Shown: one piece after another, positions 39,606-50,355 of the stretch | Layout: every line of letters starts with the position of its first letter | Position numbering within the stretch: the stretch's first letter is position 1 | Origin: Dehalococcoidia bacterium | Lineage (GTDB): Bacteria > Chloroflexota > Dehalococcoidia > UBA2979 | Assembly: GCA_045562675.1 (NCBI GenBank) | Contig: JBJKVL010000010.1 | Coordinates: forward strand, 22,284-86,283 | Direction: 5' to 3' | Length of the DNA: 64,000 nucleotides | Program-made: the position numbers and the translations under genes | The notes under the pieces: model-generated | What the model saw: the letters and a program-made list of their open reading frames with translations, nothing else | What the model was told of the DNA's origin: nothing | Database searches by the model: none

Positions 39606-40481
39606 ATGGTTGTAACTGATAAAGCAAAAGAGGAATTATTAGATATAAATGGTCTAAGTATTAATTGCAGGAGTTGGGGAAACAGAAAAGCAAAATCTGC
39701 AATAATCATGCTTCATGGTTATGCCGAAACTTCACGAATCTGGGATGATTCTGCGCAAGATTTATCAAGAGATTATCATGTTATCGCCATTGATCAAAGA
39801 GGTTATGGAGGAAGTAGTTATTCAAAAGACTTAGACTATGGTAGAGCTGCTCAAGTAGACGATTTAAATAAGTTAATTCAAGAAAAAAAACTGACAAGTA
39901 TTTCTCTAGTTGGTCACGATATGGGTGCTGCAAATGCAATTACCTATGCAGCTGACAATCCTGAGATTATTACGGCCATGGTTCTTGTTGAAGCTGCCCC
40001 AGATGTACTTAGAAAAGGTGTTGAAAATATAAGAAAATTAGTCTCTATTGGTGATAAATTTGCCTCAGTAGAAAGTGCTATGGCCCTTTTTAAAGATTAT
40101 TTCCCTTATGCAAATAACGACCAACTGCGTAGACGAGTTCAGTCAATATTGAAAATGGATGATAAAGATCAATTTTTTTATTGGGATTTTGATCCTGAAT
40201 TCAAAAATCCTACTGCTAGGCCATTAGATGGAGCAATTCAAAAAAAAGGAGCTGATCTATGGGAAATGATTGATAGAATTCAATGCCCAACCATGTTCAT
40301 TAGAGGGACTCATTCAGACCTTATTACGCCACAAGTTATGCAAAGAATGCATCGTAGAATGCCTGGCTCCAGAATATCTCTTATTGAAGAGGCTGGACAT
40401 GCTGTGCCAACTGATCAACCTGGACAGTTAGCATTGAATATCAGAGAATTTTTACAAAACCTTTCAAATAACGTATTTTAG
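39606..40481 (+). CDS. alpha/beta hydrolase with Asp nucleophile (epoxide hydrolase / haloalkane dehalogenase-like)
   Basis: 291 aa. MLHGYAETSRIWD, nucleophile elbow VGHDMGAA (Asp where serine hydrolases have Ser), and C-terminal EEAGHAVP. Confidence 0.7.
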   Translation: MVVTDKAKEELLDINGLSINCRSWGNRKAKSAIIMLHGYAETSRIWDDSAQDLSRDYHVIAIDQRGYGGSSYSKDLDYGRAAQVDDLNKLIQEKKLTSISLVGHDMGAANAITYAADNPEIITAMVLVEAAPDVLRKGVENIRKLVSIGDKFASVESAMALFKDYFPYANNDQLRRRVQSILKMDDKDQFFYWDFDPEFKNPTARPLDGAIQKKGADLWEMIDRIQCPTMFIRGTHSDLITPQVMQRMHRRMPGSRISLIEEAGHAVPTDQPGQLALNIREFLQNLSNNVF

Positions 40482-40488
40482 GCAACGC

Positions 40489-41739
40489 ATGGTTATAAGT
40501 AATAATTCTAATGATAAAGTATTAATCACTGGAATAGGCACAGTTAATCCTATTGGCAATAATCCAAATGAATTTTGGAATAATCTTTCAAATGGCACTA
40601 ATGGAATTGACAAAGTTAAATCACTTGAAGTTGATGATTTACCAGTTAGAATTGCCGGTGAAGTTAAAGAGTTTTCCCCAGAAAAATATTTAGATAAGAA
40701 AGTAGCAAGACGAACTGGCAGATTTGCACAGTTAGGTTTTGCGGCTGCTGCTCAAGCAATAGAAGATAGTAATATTATAATCAATGATAGTAATAGAGAT
40801 AATATTGGCGTGATCATAGCTACATCTGGTGATGCATTTAATATGGGTCCAGAATGGGACAAATTAACATTACAGGGAGCAAACCGTGTTGATCCATTTA
40901 TTATAACTAGAATGGGTCAACATATGGCTGCAGCCAGAATTGGTAGGGAATTTGGTATTAGAGGACCAAACACAACCATTAATACTGCATGTGCATCGGG
41001 GACTGATGTTTTTGGTCATGCATACAATATCATTAAAAATGGTCAAGCATCTGCAATGCTCGTAGGAGGTGCTGAGGCAATGATTTCACGATTATCTTTG
41101 GCATCAATGGGTCGATTAGGTGCATTATCGAAAAATTATCAAAATCCAACAAAGGCTTCAAGGCCATTTGATATAAATCGCGATGGCTTTATTTTGGGTG
41201 AAGGTGCAGGAATTGTCCTTCTTGAGTCAGAATCATCTGCAAAGAATAGAGATGCTAAAGTTTATGCTGAACTTTTAGGTATGGGTTGGTCATTTGATGC
41301 AGTCGATGACACAGCTCCAGATGCAAATGGCCAAGCGCTAGCAATAACTAGAGCCTTGCAACATTCCAACTTAAATCCAAATGATATTGATTATATCAAT
41401 GCTCATGGCACAAGTACTCAATTTAATGATAAGACAGAAACACAAGCAATCAAAATTGCTCTTGGAGAAAAAAAAGCATACTCAACGCCAATATCCTCAA
41501 CAAAGTCAATGATTGGTCATTTAGCTGCTGGTGCAGGAGGAGTTGAAATTATTGCAACTATTTTATCTATGCAAAATAACTTCATGCCTCCAACAATAAA
41601 CTATGAAAATCCAGATCCAGAATGCGATCTCGATGTTGTGCCAGTTAATGGTCGAGAAAAAGAAATAAATATAGCATTATCAAATTCATTTGGTTTAGGT
41701 GGACAAAATGCATGCTTAGCGTTACAAAAAGTAAAGTAA
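40489..41739 (+). CDS. fabF: beta-ketoacyl-ACP synthase II
   Basis: 416 aa. Active-site Cys in NTACASGT, INAHGTSTQFND and SMIGHLAAGAGG His motifs, and a NSFGLGGQNACL tail. Confidence 0.9.
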   Translation: MVISNNSNDKVLITGIGTVNPIGNNPNEFWNNLSNGTNGIDKVKSLEVDDLPVRIAGEVKEFSPEKYLDKKVARRTGRFAQLGFAAAAQAIEDSNIIINDSNRDNIGVIIATSGDAFNMGPEWDKLTLQGANRVDPFIITRMGQHMAAARIGREFGIRGPNTTINTACASGTDVFGHAYNIIKNGQASAMLVGGAEAMISRLSLASMGRLGALSKNYQNPTKASRPFDINRDGFILGEGAGIVLLESESSAKNRDAKVYAELLGMGWSFDAVDDTAPDANGQALAITRALQHSNLNPNDIDYINAHGTSTQFNDKTETQAIKIALGEKKAYSTPISSTKSMIGHLAAGAGGVEIIATILSMQNNFMPPTINYENPDPECDLDVVPVNGREKEINIALSNSFGLGGQNACLALQKVK

Positions 41740-41762
41740 GTTAATTACGGTTTGAGAAAAGA

Positions 41763-42710
41763 ATGACTAAAGAAGATAATTTAACACAAGAACAATTGGA
41801 TGAGATTACTGAGCTTAGAGAGAAAAAAAGTTCTACCTTACGAGCTGTTTCTCCAGAAGTTGAAAAAGTTTTATACACTCCTTTTAACGTTTTAGATCAT
41901 GGCTTTGTGAGAGTCATTGATTATATGGGAGATGATGCAGCAATTGTTCAGGCTGCACGAGTGTCTTATGGAAAAGGAACAAAGAAAGTTTCTGAAGATT
42001 CAGGTTTAATCAAATATCTTATGCGACATTCTCATTCAACACCTTTTGAAATGTGTGAGATCAAATTACATGTCAAGCTACCAATTTTTATAGCAAGGCA
42101 ATGGGTCAGGCATCGTACAGCAAATATAAATGAATATTCTGCAAGATATTCAATACTAGATAATGAATTTTATGTACCAGATATTAAGAATCTAGGCGCA
42201 CAGTCACAAAGTAACAGGCAAGGGCGTGATGAAGTATTAACTGGAGATGAAGCTGATGAAGTTTTAGAGATATTAAAAAATGACGCATTAAATCTATACG
42301 GCAACTATGAAAAAATGATGAATGTAGATAGTCAAGGAGATCAAATAGATCCTGAACGTCAAGGACTTGCTAGAGAGCTTGCAAGAATGAATCTGTCACT
42401 GAATTATTACACACAATGGTATTGGAAAATTGACTTACATAACCTGCTTCATTTTTTACGACTGCGCGCAGATTCACATGCTCAATTAGAGATTAGAGAA
42501 TATGCGGATGTAATATTAAATGTTGTTGAGAAATGGGTGCCTGAAACATATAAAGCTTTTGTTGAATACCAAATGAATGGTGTTAAGCTATCAGCAACTG
42601 CATGGTCCGCAGTAAAAAACATGATAAACGGTGAATTACCTAGTCATAAAGAGTTAAATATGTCAAAAAGAGAGTGGGATGAGTTAAAGGATATGATAAG
42701 TGGAGAATAA
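41763..42710 (+). CDS. thyX: FAD-dependent thymidylate synthase
   Basis: 315 aa. ThyX motif [17 protein letters not shown], plus HSTPFEM. Confidence 0.9.
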   Translation: MTKEDNLTQEQLDEITELREKKSSTLRAVSPEVEKVLYTPFNVLDHGFVRVIDYMGDDAAIVQAARVSYGKGTKKVSEDSGLIKYLMRHSHSTPFEMCEIKLHVKLPIFIARQWVRHRTANINEYSARYSILDNEFYVPDIKNLGAQSQSNRQGRDEVLTGDEADEVLEILKNDALNLYGNYEKMMNVDSQGDQIDPERQGLARELARMNLSLNYYTQWYWKIDLHNLLHFLRLRADSHAQLEIREYADVILNVVEKWVPETYKAFVEYQMNGVKLSATAWSAVKNMINGELPSHKELNMSKREWDELKDMISGE

Positions 42711-43995
42711 TGCACCATTAAATGATATCAATGTATTAGATGCCTCAGGTGCAATTGGGCATTATGCAGGTAAACTGCTGGCTGATCTAGGAGCAAATGT
42801 AATTAAAATTGAACCTATTCAAGGAGATTCCACAAGAAATTTTGCTCCATATTTGCCAAATGTTGAAAGTCCAGAAAACAGCCTGCAATTCATACTGTTA
42901 AATACAAACAAGCAAAGCATAGCAATAGATATAGAATCCGAAGAAGGCTTGAAGATATTTTATAAATTAATCGAAAATTCAGACATACTGATAGAATCTT
43001 GGTCTAATGAAGAGAAAAGAAAAATTGACATCACTCACAAAAAATTAATTGAAATAAATCCAGAATTAATTCATACATCTATAACAGGTTGGGGTACATA
43101 TGGCGATAAAGCAGACTGGGCATATGCAGACATAACAGGCGTGGCTATGTCAGGCGTTATGAATTTAGCTGGATTTTTAGATGGACCTCCGGAAAATCTT
43201 CCAGATCAGCAAGGATATCATTGTGCTTCAATGCATGGTGCAGCTGGTGCATTAACTGCACTATACAGTAAAGAGTTCAACAGTACAGGTGGACAACTTG
43301 TTGAAGTTTCAATGCAAGAGTCACTGTCAATCGCACAAGAAATTGCAATGCAAAATTGGGATATCAGAGAATTTATACCGCAAAGGACTGGCGAAAGCAG
43401 TCAAGTAAACCCGATGAATCTCCCTGGATTTGGTCTATATGAATGTAAAGAAGGCATGGTTTATATGATGACCACTGGAACTGCTGGAGCAGGTTTTGCA
43501 GGGTTAGTTGAAATGATGGATGAGCATGATATGGCAGGCGATCTTAAAGAAGAACCTAACTGGACATTTATGCAAACTCAAATGAATGGTGCGAACTTAA
43601 GAAATTTATTAACCGATGAAGAGACAAAAGATAAAACAAGAGAATTTTTGGATCATATTGAAAGCTTAGTAACAAGTTTCATGAAGTCTTACTCTTCAAA
43701 ATACATCTATGAATATGGTCAATCAAATCGAGTACTAGTCGGAATAATTAGTACCCCAGAAGATATTTCAAATGATGAGCATTTAAAACAACGTAGCTGG
43801 TTCCAAGAAATCAACGACACAAAACGTAATGTATCATTACGATATCCTGGATTCCCTTATCAATTGAGCAATAACCCTCCTTCATTAAGGATCCCTGCGC
43901 CATTATTAGGTGAACATACTGACACAATATTATCTCAATTAAACTATACAGATGACAAAATTACTGAACTAAGAAAAAAGGAAATAATAAAATGA
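42700..43995 (+). CDS. family III CoA-transferase (CaiB/BaiF type)
   Basis: 431 aa. [34 protein letters not shown]. The start overlaps the thyX stop by 11 nt. Confidence 0.8.
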   Translation: MENNAPLNDINVLDASGAIGHYAGKLLADLGANVIKIEPIQGDSTRNFAPYLPNVESPENSLQFILLNTNKQSIAIDIESEEGLKIFYKLIENSDILIESWSNEEKRKIDITHKKLIEINPELIHTSITGWGTYGDKADWAYADITGVAMSGVMNLAGFLDGPPENLPDQQGYHCASMHGAAGALTALYSKEFNSTGGQLVEVSMQESLSIAQEIAMQNWDIREFIPQRTGESSQVNPMNLPGFGLYECKEGMVYMMTTGTAGAGFAGLVEMMDEHDMAGDLKEEPNWTFMQTQMNGANLRNLLTDEETKDKTREFLDHIESLVTSFMKSYSSKYIYEYGQSNRVLVGIISTPEDISNDEHLKQRSWFQEINDTKRNVSLRYPGFPYQLSNNPPSLRIPAPLLGEHTDTILSQLNYTDDKITELRKKEIIK

Positions 43996-45218
43996 CAAAC
44001 AAACCTCTTACAGGCATCAATGTTTTAGATATGTCTTGGTTCGGTGCAGGGCCAATTGCTGGAAGGGCATTAGCAAATGCTGGTGCAAGAGTCATTAAGC
44101 TTGAAACAGAAAAAAGAATAGACGGATTAAGAGCAATGGCACCACGACCAAAAGGAGCACGGGGATATAACTTGTCTGGATATTTCAATAATTATAATTC
44201 AGATAAAGAATCTGTCACAATTGACCTGACAAGTGAAAAGGGATATGAGCTAGGATTAAAGCTTGTTCAATGGGCTGATGTACTGCTTACCAATATGACA
44301 AATCGAGCGACTGATCAAATAAAAGTAGACTGGGAAACAATTAAAAAAGTTAATCCAAAAATTGTAGCAGCATACATGCCCATGATGGGTGCAACTGGAC
44401 CTTATAAAGATTTTCAAGGATTTGGTGCTATGTTAACGGCAATTTGCGGCATGAATTATTTATCCGGATTCGAAAAAAATAGACCAGTTGGCGTAGGCAC
44501 AAACTATCCAGATTATGTTGTTAACCCAATGCATGCATACATTGCCATTCTTAGTGCTCTCAGGATAGCCAAAAAAACAAATAAGGGTCAAAAAGTTGAG
44601 CTGTCTCAAAATGAATCATCTATTGCATCTATGTCTCTGCCTTTATTCGCATACGATAATGCAAAAATTAAACATCAGAGACTGGGTAATAGGGTAGCCT
44701 TCGCTGCTCCACATGGAGTATATCGATGTAAAGACGATGAAAATGGTAATGAAAAATGGATTACAATTGCTTGCATTGATGAAAGTCATTGGCAAACATT
44801 AACAAAAATTATTGACAACGAACAATTAACTAAACAAGAATTTAATAATTTAGAATCTAGAAAAAAAGCAGAAGATCAAATTGATAAAATAATTTCTGAA
44901 TGGACATTTGGACTAGATCATTTGCAAGCACAAGCTACCTTACAAGATGCTAAAATACCTGCAGGTGTAGTACAAAATGCACAAGAAGTAACAGAAGATT
45001 CACATTTAAGTCAAAGAGGTTATTTCGTCAACTTAGATCATGTAGAAGCTGGTGCAAGGATCTATGATGGTACTGGCTGGAAAATGTCACAAACTCCAAT
45101 TGGCATGGAAAAAGCAGCTCCACTATTGGGTGAGCATACTTTTGATGTATGTACAACGATTCTTGAACTGCCTCCCGAAGAAATTGCTGAACTTGTTGCA
45201 GAACAAGTATTGTTTTAA
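43992..45218 (+). CDS. family III CoA-transferase (CaiB/BaiF type)
   Basis: 408 aa. PLTGINVLDMSWFGAGPIAGRALANAGARVIKLE. ATGA overlap with the preceding paralog. Confidence 0.8.
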   Translation: MTNKPLTGINVLDMSWFGAGPIAGRALANAGARVIKLETEKRIDGLRAMAPRPKGARGYNLSGYFNNYNSDKESVTIDLTSEKGYELGLKLVQWADVLLTNMTNRATDQIKVDWETIKKVNPKIVAAYMPMMGATGPYKDFQGFGAMLTAICGMNYLSGFEKNRPVGVGTNYPDYVVNPMHAYIAILSALRIAKKTNKGQKVELSQNESSIASMSLPLFAYDNAKIKHQRLGNRVAFAAPHGVYRCKDDENGNEKWITIACIDESHWQTLTKIIDNEQLTKQEFNNLESRKKAEDQIDKIISEWTFGLDHLQAQATLQDAKIPAGVVQNAQEVTEDSHLSQRGYFVNLDHVEAGARIYDGTGWKMSQTPIGMEKAAPLLGEHTFDVCTTILELPPEEIAELVAEQVLF

Positions 45219-45231
45219 TTGATGGTGTCAT

Positions 45232-45537
45232 ATGGAAGATAAAATTCTTGAAGAATGCGCAAATTGGATTGCTGAACAGGCAAGTGATCAATTAGGAGGA
45301 TTTATTCCTGCTGAGCTCCTAGATCTTATGTTTGAACTAGAGACTAAGATTCGAGAAGAAAATAATGATCCAACTATGAGTCATAAAGAAATGTCAAATT
45401 TTTTGCTTGAAGAATTACGAAAAGAAGAAGTTCCAATTGAAAAAACAGGTCTCAATGAAAATATTCTTGAAGAGTTGTTACATTGGGAAGATGAATGTCT
45501 AAGTCTATCAGGTCATCCTAGAGAAATTCGTAATTAA
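45232..45537 (+). CDS. hypothetical acidic protein
   Basis: 101-aa track ORF, last gene of the co-directional array. No motif recognised. Confidence 0.4.
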   Translation: MEDKILEECANWIAEQASDQLGGFIPAELLDLMFELETKIREENNDPTMSHKEMSNFLLEELRKEEVPIEKTGLNENILEELLHWEDECLSLSGHPREIRN

Positions 45538-45543
45538 ATCAAC

Positions 45544-46407
45544 TTATAATAAATTTTTTAACCTTTGTACATTTTCTAAATCTGGACCTTTGCTTTTCTT
45601 GTCTTCACTAGGAAAACCTGGTACTTCTAAAATAAAGCTTAAATTTTTAAAATTCTTATTATTCAATAAATGCTTGAATCCTTTGACTCCAATATGTCCT
45701 TCGCCAATATTGTCATGCCTGTCTTTTTGGCTACCAAGCTCCATTAAAGAATCATTTGCATGGAAAACAAATAATTTTTCTATAGAAATTGACTGTGAAA
45801 AATCTTGAACAATTTTTGCAATTATATCTTTTTTTCTAAGATCGTATCCAGCAGCAAATGCATGGCAAGTATCTAAGCAGACACCTAATCTTTGATCATT
45901 GATGCGATCAATTAAATAAAAAAGTTCCTCAAAATCACTGCCTATCGAACCTCCTTGGCCTGCAGCATTTTCTAAGGCTAATTTTGTATCTTTAGGAGCA
46001 TCTTTTAAAACATTCTTGATTGAACTAATTACCTTACGTTGCACCTTATTAAATCCTTTGCCTTTATGCGAGCCGGTATGTAAAACTACTCCTTCTGCAC
46101 CAATCTTACTTGCTAAAATAAGTGCATCTTTAACTGAATTGATTGATTTTTCTAAATGCTCATCTCCATCTGCAGCCATATTTGCTAAGTATATGTTATG
46201 AATCCAAATTTCGTTTATTGCACTCTGCGCTCTTAACTTAATAAAATCATCAATTGCTTCATTCGTATATTGTGTATGACGCCACATTTGTGGTGGTCCG
46301 GGAAAAATTTGAAATGAATCCGCTTCAATTAATTTTGCATTCTTTATCGCATTAATTAAACCGCCACTTGATGAAACGTGAGCACCTATCGAAGGCTGAT
46401 TGGACAA
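45544..46407 (-). CDS. nfo: endonuclease IV (deoxyribonuclease IV)
   Basis: 287 aa. IGAHVS, VLHTGSH, CLDTCHAFAAGYD, HANDS and ILEVP blocks. Confidence 0.9.
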   Translation of the reverse strand: MSNQPSIGAHVSSSGGLINAIKNAKLIEADSFQIFPGPPQMWRHTQYTNEAIDDFIKLRAQSAINEIWIHNIYLANMAADGDEHLEKSINSVKDALILASKIGAEGVVLHTGSHKGKGFNKVQRKVISSIKNVLKDAPKDTKLALENAAGQGGSIGSDFEELFYLIDRINDQRLGVCLDTCHAFAAGYDLRKKDIIAKIVQDFSQSISIEKLFVFHANDSLMELGSQKDRHDNIGEGHIGVKGFKHLLNNKNFKNLSFILEVPGFPSEDKKSKGPDLENVQRLKNLL

Positions 46408-46553
46408 TTAAAACTCCATTCATAAAAAAAATAATTTCTAACTTTATTTAATAATCAATTTTAATTTATAATTAATTTATGGTTAATCTATTTATGATTA
46501 TACTCATATAAGATAATTTTAACATAAATAATACTCTTCTTTGAAAGGGAAAA

Positions 46554-47057
46554 ATGGCTTACTCAATTGTAGAAAACTGTATTGGTTGTACTGCATGTAC
46601 AAAAAAGTGTCCAGTTGAAGCTATAACTGGACTCAGAAACGAATTGCATATTATTGATGCAGAGTTATGTATTGATTGCGGTGCATGTGGTGCCGTATGC
46701 CCTCCAGAAGCTATCTTAGATGAGTTTGGTGATCTTGCAAGAACTTTTCCGAGAAAAGAATTGCCATTAGCACATGTTATTTCTGATAATTGCATCGGTT
46801 CTGGTTGTGAATTATGTATGAACATATGCCCCTTTGAAGCACTTACCTTGACTGATACACCCAACAGCACCAAAGACTATTTTGGAATTGCTGAAGTAGA
46901 GCCGAAAAAATGTGTTGGATGTAGATTATGTGAGCAAGTTTGTGGATGGGGTGCAATATATATTGACCCGCCTCGCGAAATGTTAAAGAGGGAGATTTAT
47001 CCTATAGAGGTTTTAACCCCAAAATCAGGTAAAGGGTTGGAAAAAACTTCCTCATAA
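46554..47057 (+). CDS. 4Fe-4S ferredoxin-domain protein with four cluster-binding motifs
   Basis: 167 aa. Motifs CIGCTACTKKCP, CIDCGACGAVCP, CIGSGCELCMNICP and CVGCRLCEQVCG. Confidence 0.8.
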   Translation: MAYSIVENCIGCTACTKKCPVEAITGLRNELHIIDAELCIDCGACGAVCPPEAILDEFGDLARTFPRKELPLAHVISDNCIGSGCELCMNICPFEALTLTDTPNSTKDYFGIAEVEPKKCVGCRLCEQVCGWGAIYIDPPREMLKREIYPIEVLTPKSGKGLEKTSS

Positions 47058-47095
47058 TCGAAAGCCTACAATAATATAAAAAAAGTATCACCAAT

Positions 47096-47533
47096 ATGCA
47101 AAACAAAATTGACATAGTAAAAATACGTGAAAATGCATCAATTCCTGTTCGGCAATCTAATCTTGCGACAGGATATGATTTATGTGCGTGTTTAGAGTCA
47201 CAATCCATCTTAGTTGATGAGACCCCGCAATTAATCCCTACAGGCATTAGCCTGTCAATACCTGAAGGTCTCGATGTACAAATTCGACCACGCTCAGGAT
47301 TAACTCTGAAGGGGCTTATTGCTGGATTTGGAACTATTGATGCTGACTATAGAGGTGAAATATTTGTAACGCTATTTTGCTTGTCTACATTAGGAAGTTA
47401 TGAAATAAAACATGGTGAAAGAATAGCACAATTAGTTGTTTCAAAAAATCAACCATTTACCTGGAATGAAGTTACTAAGCTGGATAATACAAAGCGAGGT
47501 ATCGATGGACATGGCTCAACGGGCAAAAGATAA
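47096..47533 (+). CDS. dut: dUTP diphosphatase
   Basis: 145 aa. ATGYDL, RPRSGL, GTIDADYRGEI and C-terminal RGIDGHGSTGKR motifs. Confidence 0.9.
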   Translation: MQNKIDIVKIRENASIPVRQSNLATGYDLCACLESQSILVDETPQLIPTGISLSIPEGLDVQIRPRSGLTLKGLIAGFGTIDADYRGEIFVTLFCLSTLGSYEIKHGERIAQLVVSKNQPFTWNEVTKLDNTKRGIDGHGSTGKR

Positions 47534-47569
47534 ATAAAAAAACGAGAGGATGACCTAAGCCATCCTCTC
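47534..47569 (-). terminator. rho-independent terminator for the minus-strand aquaporin gene (also a hairpin after dut)
   Basis: GAGAGGATG-acctaagc-CATCCTCTC at 47544-47569. On the minus strand it is followed by a T-run (the A-run at 47534-47542). Confidence 0.7.
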
Positions 47570-47637
47570 TAACTAATATCTACCATGCGGCGGGGGTTTC
47601 AAATGCAGCAGACATTAGTTTCTAAATGTACCCCCAG

Positions 47638-48312
47638 TTATTTCTTATCAAGCACATATTTATGTGCTAAAGCAGCAACAACTGCTCCTAGGATTGGGCC
47701 AACCCAATAAACAATATGATTGTCCCAATTCCCTTCCAATAAAGCTGGACCGAATGCACGAGCTGGATTCATTGCAGCTCCAGTTAATGCACCGCCAGCA
47801 AAAATATCCATTGCGATAACAAGACCAATAATTAAGCCTGCAATCTGAGATGGCCCATTCTCATCAATAACAGAAAGAATCACAATCATTAGAAAGAAAG
47901 TTAAGATTGCTTCGATAAATACTCCTTCAACCATAGAAAGAGCATCATTAAGTGCAGGAACTGCTAAGTTTGCCATGGAAGCCTCTCTTAAAAGCAACAT
48001 TTTCACTGCCAAAAAACCAACAATTGCACCACTTAATTGTGAAACAATATATTTAATTGACTTTAACCCATCAAGTTTTCCTATGGACCATAATGCAATC
48101 GTTAGCGCAGGATTAAATACTGCTCCAGAAATATAGCCAAAAGCTGCAACCATTGTGGCGATAGCAAGTCCATGTGCTAATGCTACTCCAACAATATTTG
48201 CACCACCTGACACAACCACAAAACCAGCACCGACAAATAACAAAGTGAAAGCACCTAAAAATTCAGCAAGTGATTCAGAGTCACAATATTTTTTCACTAA
48301 TGATCCAATCAA
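47638..48312 (-). CDS. MIP-family channel (aquaporin/AqpZ-like)
   Basis: 224 aa with six TM spans and two NPA boxes (VFNPALT, AMNPARAFGP). Confidence 0.85.
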   Translation of the reverse strand: MIGSLVKKYCDSESLAEFLGAFTLLFVGAGFVVVSGGANIVGVALAHGLAIATMVAAFGYISGAVFNPALTIALWSIGKLDGLKSIKYIVSQLSGAIVGFLAVKMLLLREASMANLAVPALNDALSMVEGVFIEAILTFFLMIVILSVIDENGPSQIAGLIIGLVIAMDIFAGGALTGAAMNPARAFGPALLEGNWDNHIVYWVGPILGAVVAALAHKYVLDKK

Positions 48313-48419
48313 TCAAAATTACCTTATTTGGGAATATAATCAAATAATTGCTAAAGTGTCAATACATTTAAGCATTTATTAATATTTTTATATATTTCGT
48401 GAATAATAAGAGATTCAAT

Positions 48420-49670
48420 CTATCTTTTTGGATATCGTGCTAAACCAAAAGAAATTGCAGCAACTATGAATAAGATTGAATATAAAGTAAATGGATCAGT
48501 AAAAGAAGATGTTTGGTCATACCAAAGACCTCCTAAAAATGGTCCCAAAGCATTCATAGATAATTGTACAGGCCTGCTCCACCCCTGAATGGCGCCAATT
48601 TCTCTTCTGCCAAAATAATCTGCATAAATAGACTGAAGCATAGTAAAATTAGAACCAAAAAATGTACCATACACTAATCCATAAATAATGCCGTCTAAAA
48701 AACTATTTGCATTAATCAACAGTAAAATTCCAAAACTCATCCCTAACATGGAAAAAGCTTGGACCCAACGCATTCTAATCTTGCTACTTAACACTCCAGC
48801 AAAAATACCTCCAACAGAAGCAGTTATTGAAAAAACACTGACCACTACAGTCGATTGAGTTAGTGATAAGCCACGATCTATTAAATGAGGTATTTGTAAA
48901 AAATTTACAGAACCTTGGCCAAATAAACCTAGGCCAACTCCTAACCCAATAAACCAAAATGCTCGTGTTCGTAAAGCTTGCTTAACTGAAAAATCCATCT
49001 CTAATGAAAACTCTTCATTATGATTTTCAGATTGATCATTGCTATCTAATCCATCAGGCAGTAACCCCATGTCTTCAGGTCGTTTTCGTATAAATAATAG
49101 TGATGGGACAATACCTAAAAAAACAACTAACACAGCAAGGCTGTACCAGCCTATCCTCCAAGATCCGCTAATACCAATAATTAGTGCAAGCAGTATTGGT
49201 ATAGTCCCCATTGCTACTCTCGTTCCAGCAGCAACAATACCCACTGTAAGGCCACGTTTTTTTATAAACCAATTATTTACGGCAATATACGCACCAGATG
49301 TCATGCCAAATGTAAGAGAACGACCGATAGCATAAAAAACATAAAGTTGCCATAAGTGATTTAATGAGGCAAGAAAAATTAAACAAAAAAACATGATTAT
49401 TGATGAACCAGCAATTACCCAGCGTCCGCCCCACTTGTCTAATGCAATCCCAGTTATTGGAGCAAGGATAGCTGCTCCAATACTACCAATAGTAATTGCT
49501 AAAGCAATTTCTGACATTTTCCATTGGAATTCATCTTGAAAAATATTTACAAAAACTCCAAGAATAGGATTATAAAAAACAACTGCAGAGTATGCAGCTG
49601 TCGTACATGCAGCTACTATTACCCAACCATAAAAATTAAAATGTTGAGTCATGAGACCAAGGATTTTCAT
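48420..49670 (-). CDS. MFS transporter
   Basis: 416 aa with about 12 TM spans. MFS motif A-like GIALDKWGGRW. Confidence 0.8.
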   Translation of the reverse strand: MKILGLMTQHFNFYGWVIVAACTTAAYSAVVFYNPILGVFVNIFQDEFQWKMSEIALAITIGSIGAAILAPITGIALDKWGGRWVIAGSSIIMFFCLIFLASLNHLWQLYVFYAIGRSLTFGMTSGAYIAVNNWFIKKRGLTVGIVAAGTRVAMGTIPILLALIIGISGSWRIGWYSLAVLVVFLGIVPSLLFIRKRPEDMGLLPDGLDSNDQSENHNEEFSLEMDFSVKQALRTRAFWFIGLGVGLGLFGQGSVNFLQIPHLIDRGLSLTQSTVVVSVFSITASVGGIFAGVLSSKIRMRWVQAFSMLGMSFGILLLINANSFLDGIIYGLVYGTFFGSNFTMLQSIYADYFGRREIGAIQGWSRPVQLSMNALGPFLGGLWYDQTSSFTDPFTLYSILFIVAAISFGLARYPKR

Positions 49671-49760
49671 GAGAAAAACTTAATTTATTTGATATGTCAA
49701 ACATATTATTATTATTTAGTAATATGATGCTACAATAAAATTACCACATAAAGGGGAATT

Positions 49761-50351
49761 ATGGATTTATTGTTGATATTAGCAATCTGTTTTTTTCTGG
49801 GTTCATTCCCAACAGCTTATATACTAGTAAAAAGAATATTTCAAAAAGATATTCGAAGAATTGGTAGTGGCAATCCAGGCATGATGAATGTCTTAGATAA
49901 TTTTGGTAAACGATATGCTTATTTTGTAGGCACCATTGATATATTAAAAGGAATTATAGCTGTTTCAATAGCTAAGTTATACTCCCCTAACGAAACGTTA
50001 GCAGTGCTTGCTGGCTTAACTGCTATAGCTGGTCATGATTTTACTCCATTTTTAAAATTTAAAGGTGGCAATGGCGTAGCAACTGCCGGAGGGGCAGTGT
50101 TAGCCCTCATGCCATTCGCTTCCGGTATTGCATGCATGACAGGATTGATTACAGCAATTGTAGTAAAATCACGACGATTTGGTGGCAATATAGCAGTAAT
50201 ATTAGTCCCAATAATGGGCTTCTATATGAACGAATCAGATATATTTGTTTTTGGAAGCGCTTTAATTATGCTATCAATAGTATTAAAAGTAATATTCTTT
50301 GAAGGTTTTTCTTTATATCATCAAAAAAATAAAAAAGTAAATATGGATTAG
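49761..50351 (+). CDS. plsY: glycerol-3-phosphate acyltransferase PlsY
   Basis: 196 aa. GSFPTAYIL, GSGNPGMMNV and KGGNGVATAGG motifs. Confidence 0.85.
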   Translation: MDLLLILAICFFLGSFPTAYILVKRIFQKDIRRIGSGNPGMMNVLDNFGKRYAYFVGTIDILKGIIAVSIAKLYSPNETLAVLAGLTAIAGHDFTPFLKFKGGNGVATAGGAVLALMPFASGIACMTGLITAIVVKSRRFGGNIAVILVPIMGFYMNESDIFVFGSALIMLSIVLKVIFFEGFSLYHQKNKKVNMD

Positions 50352-50355
50352 ATAA

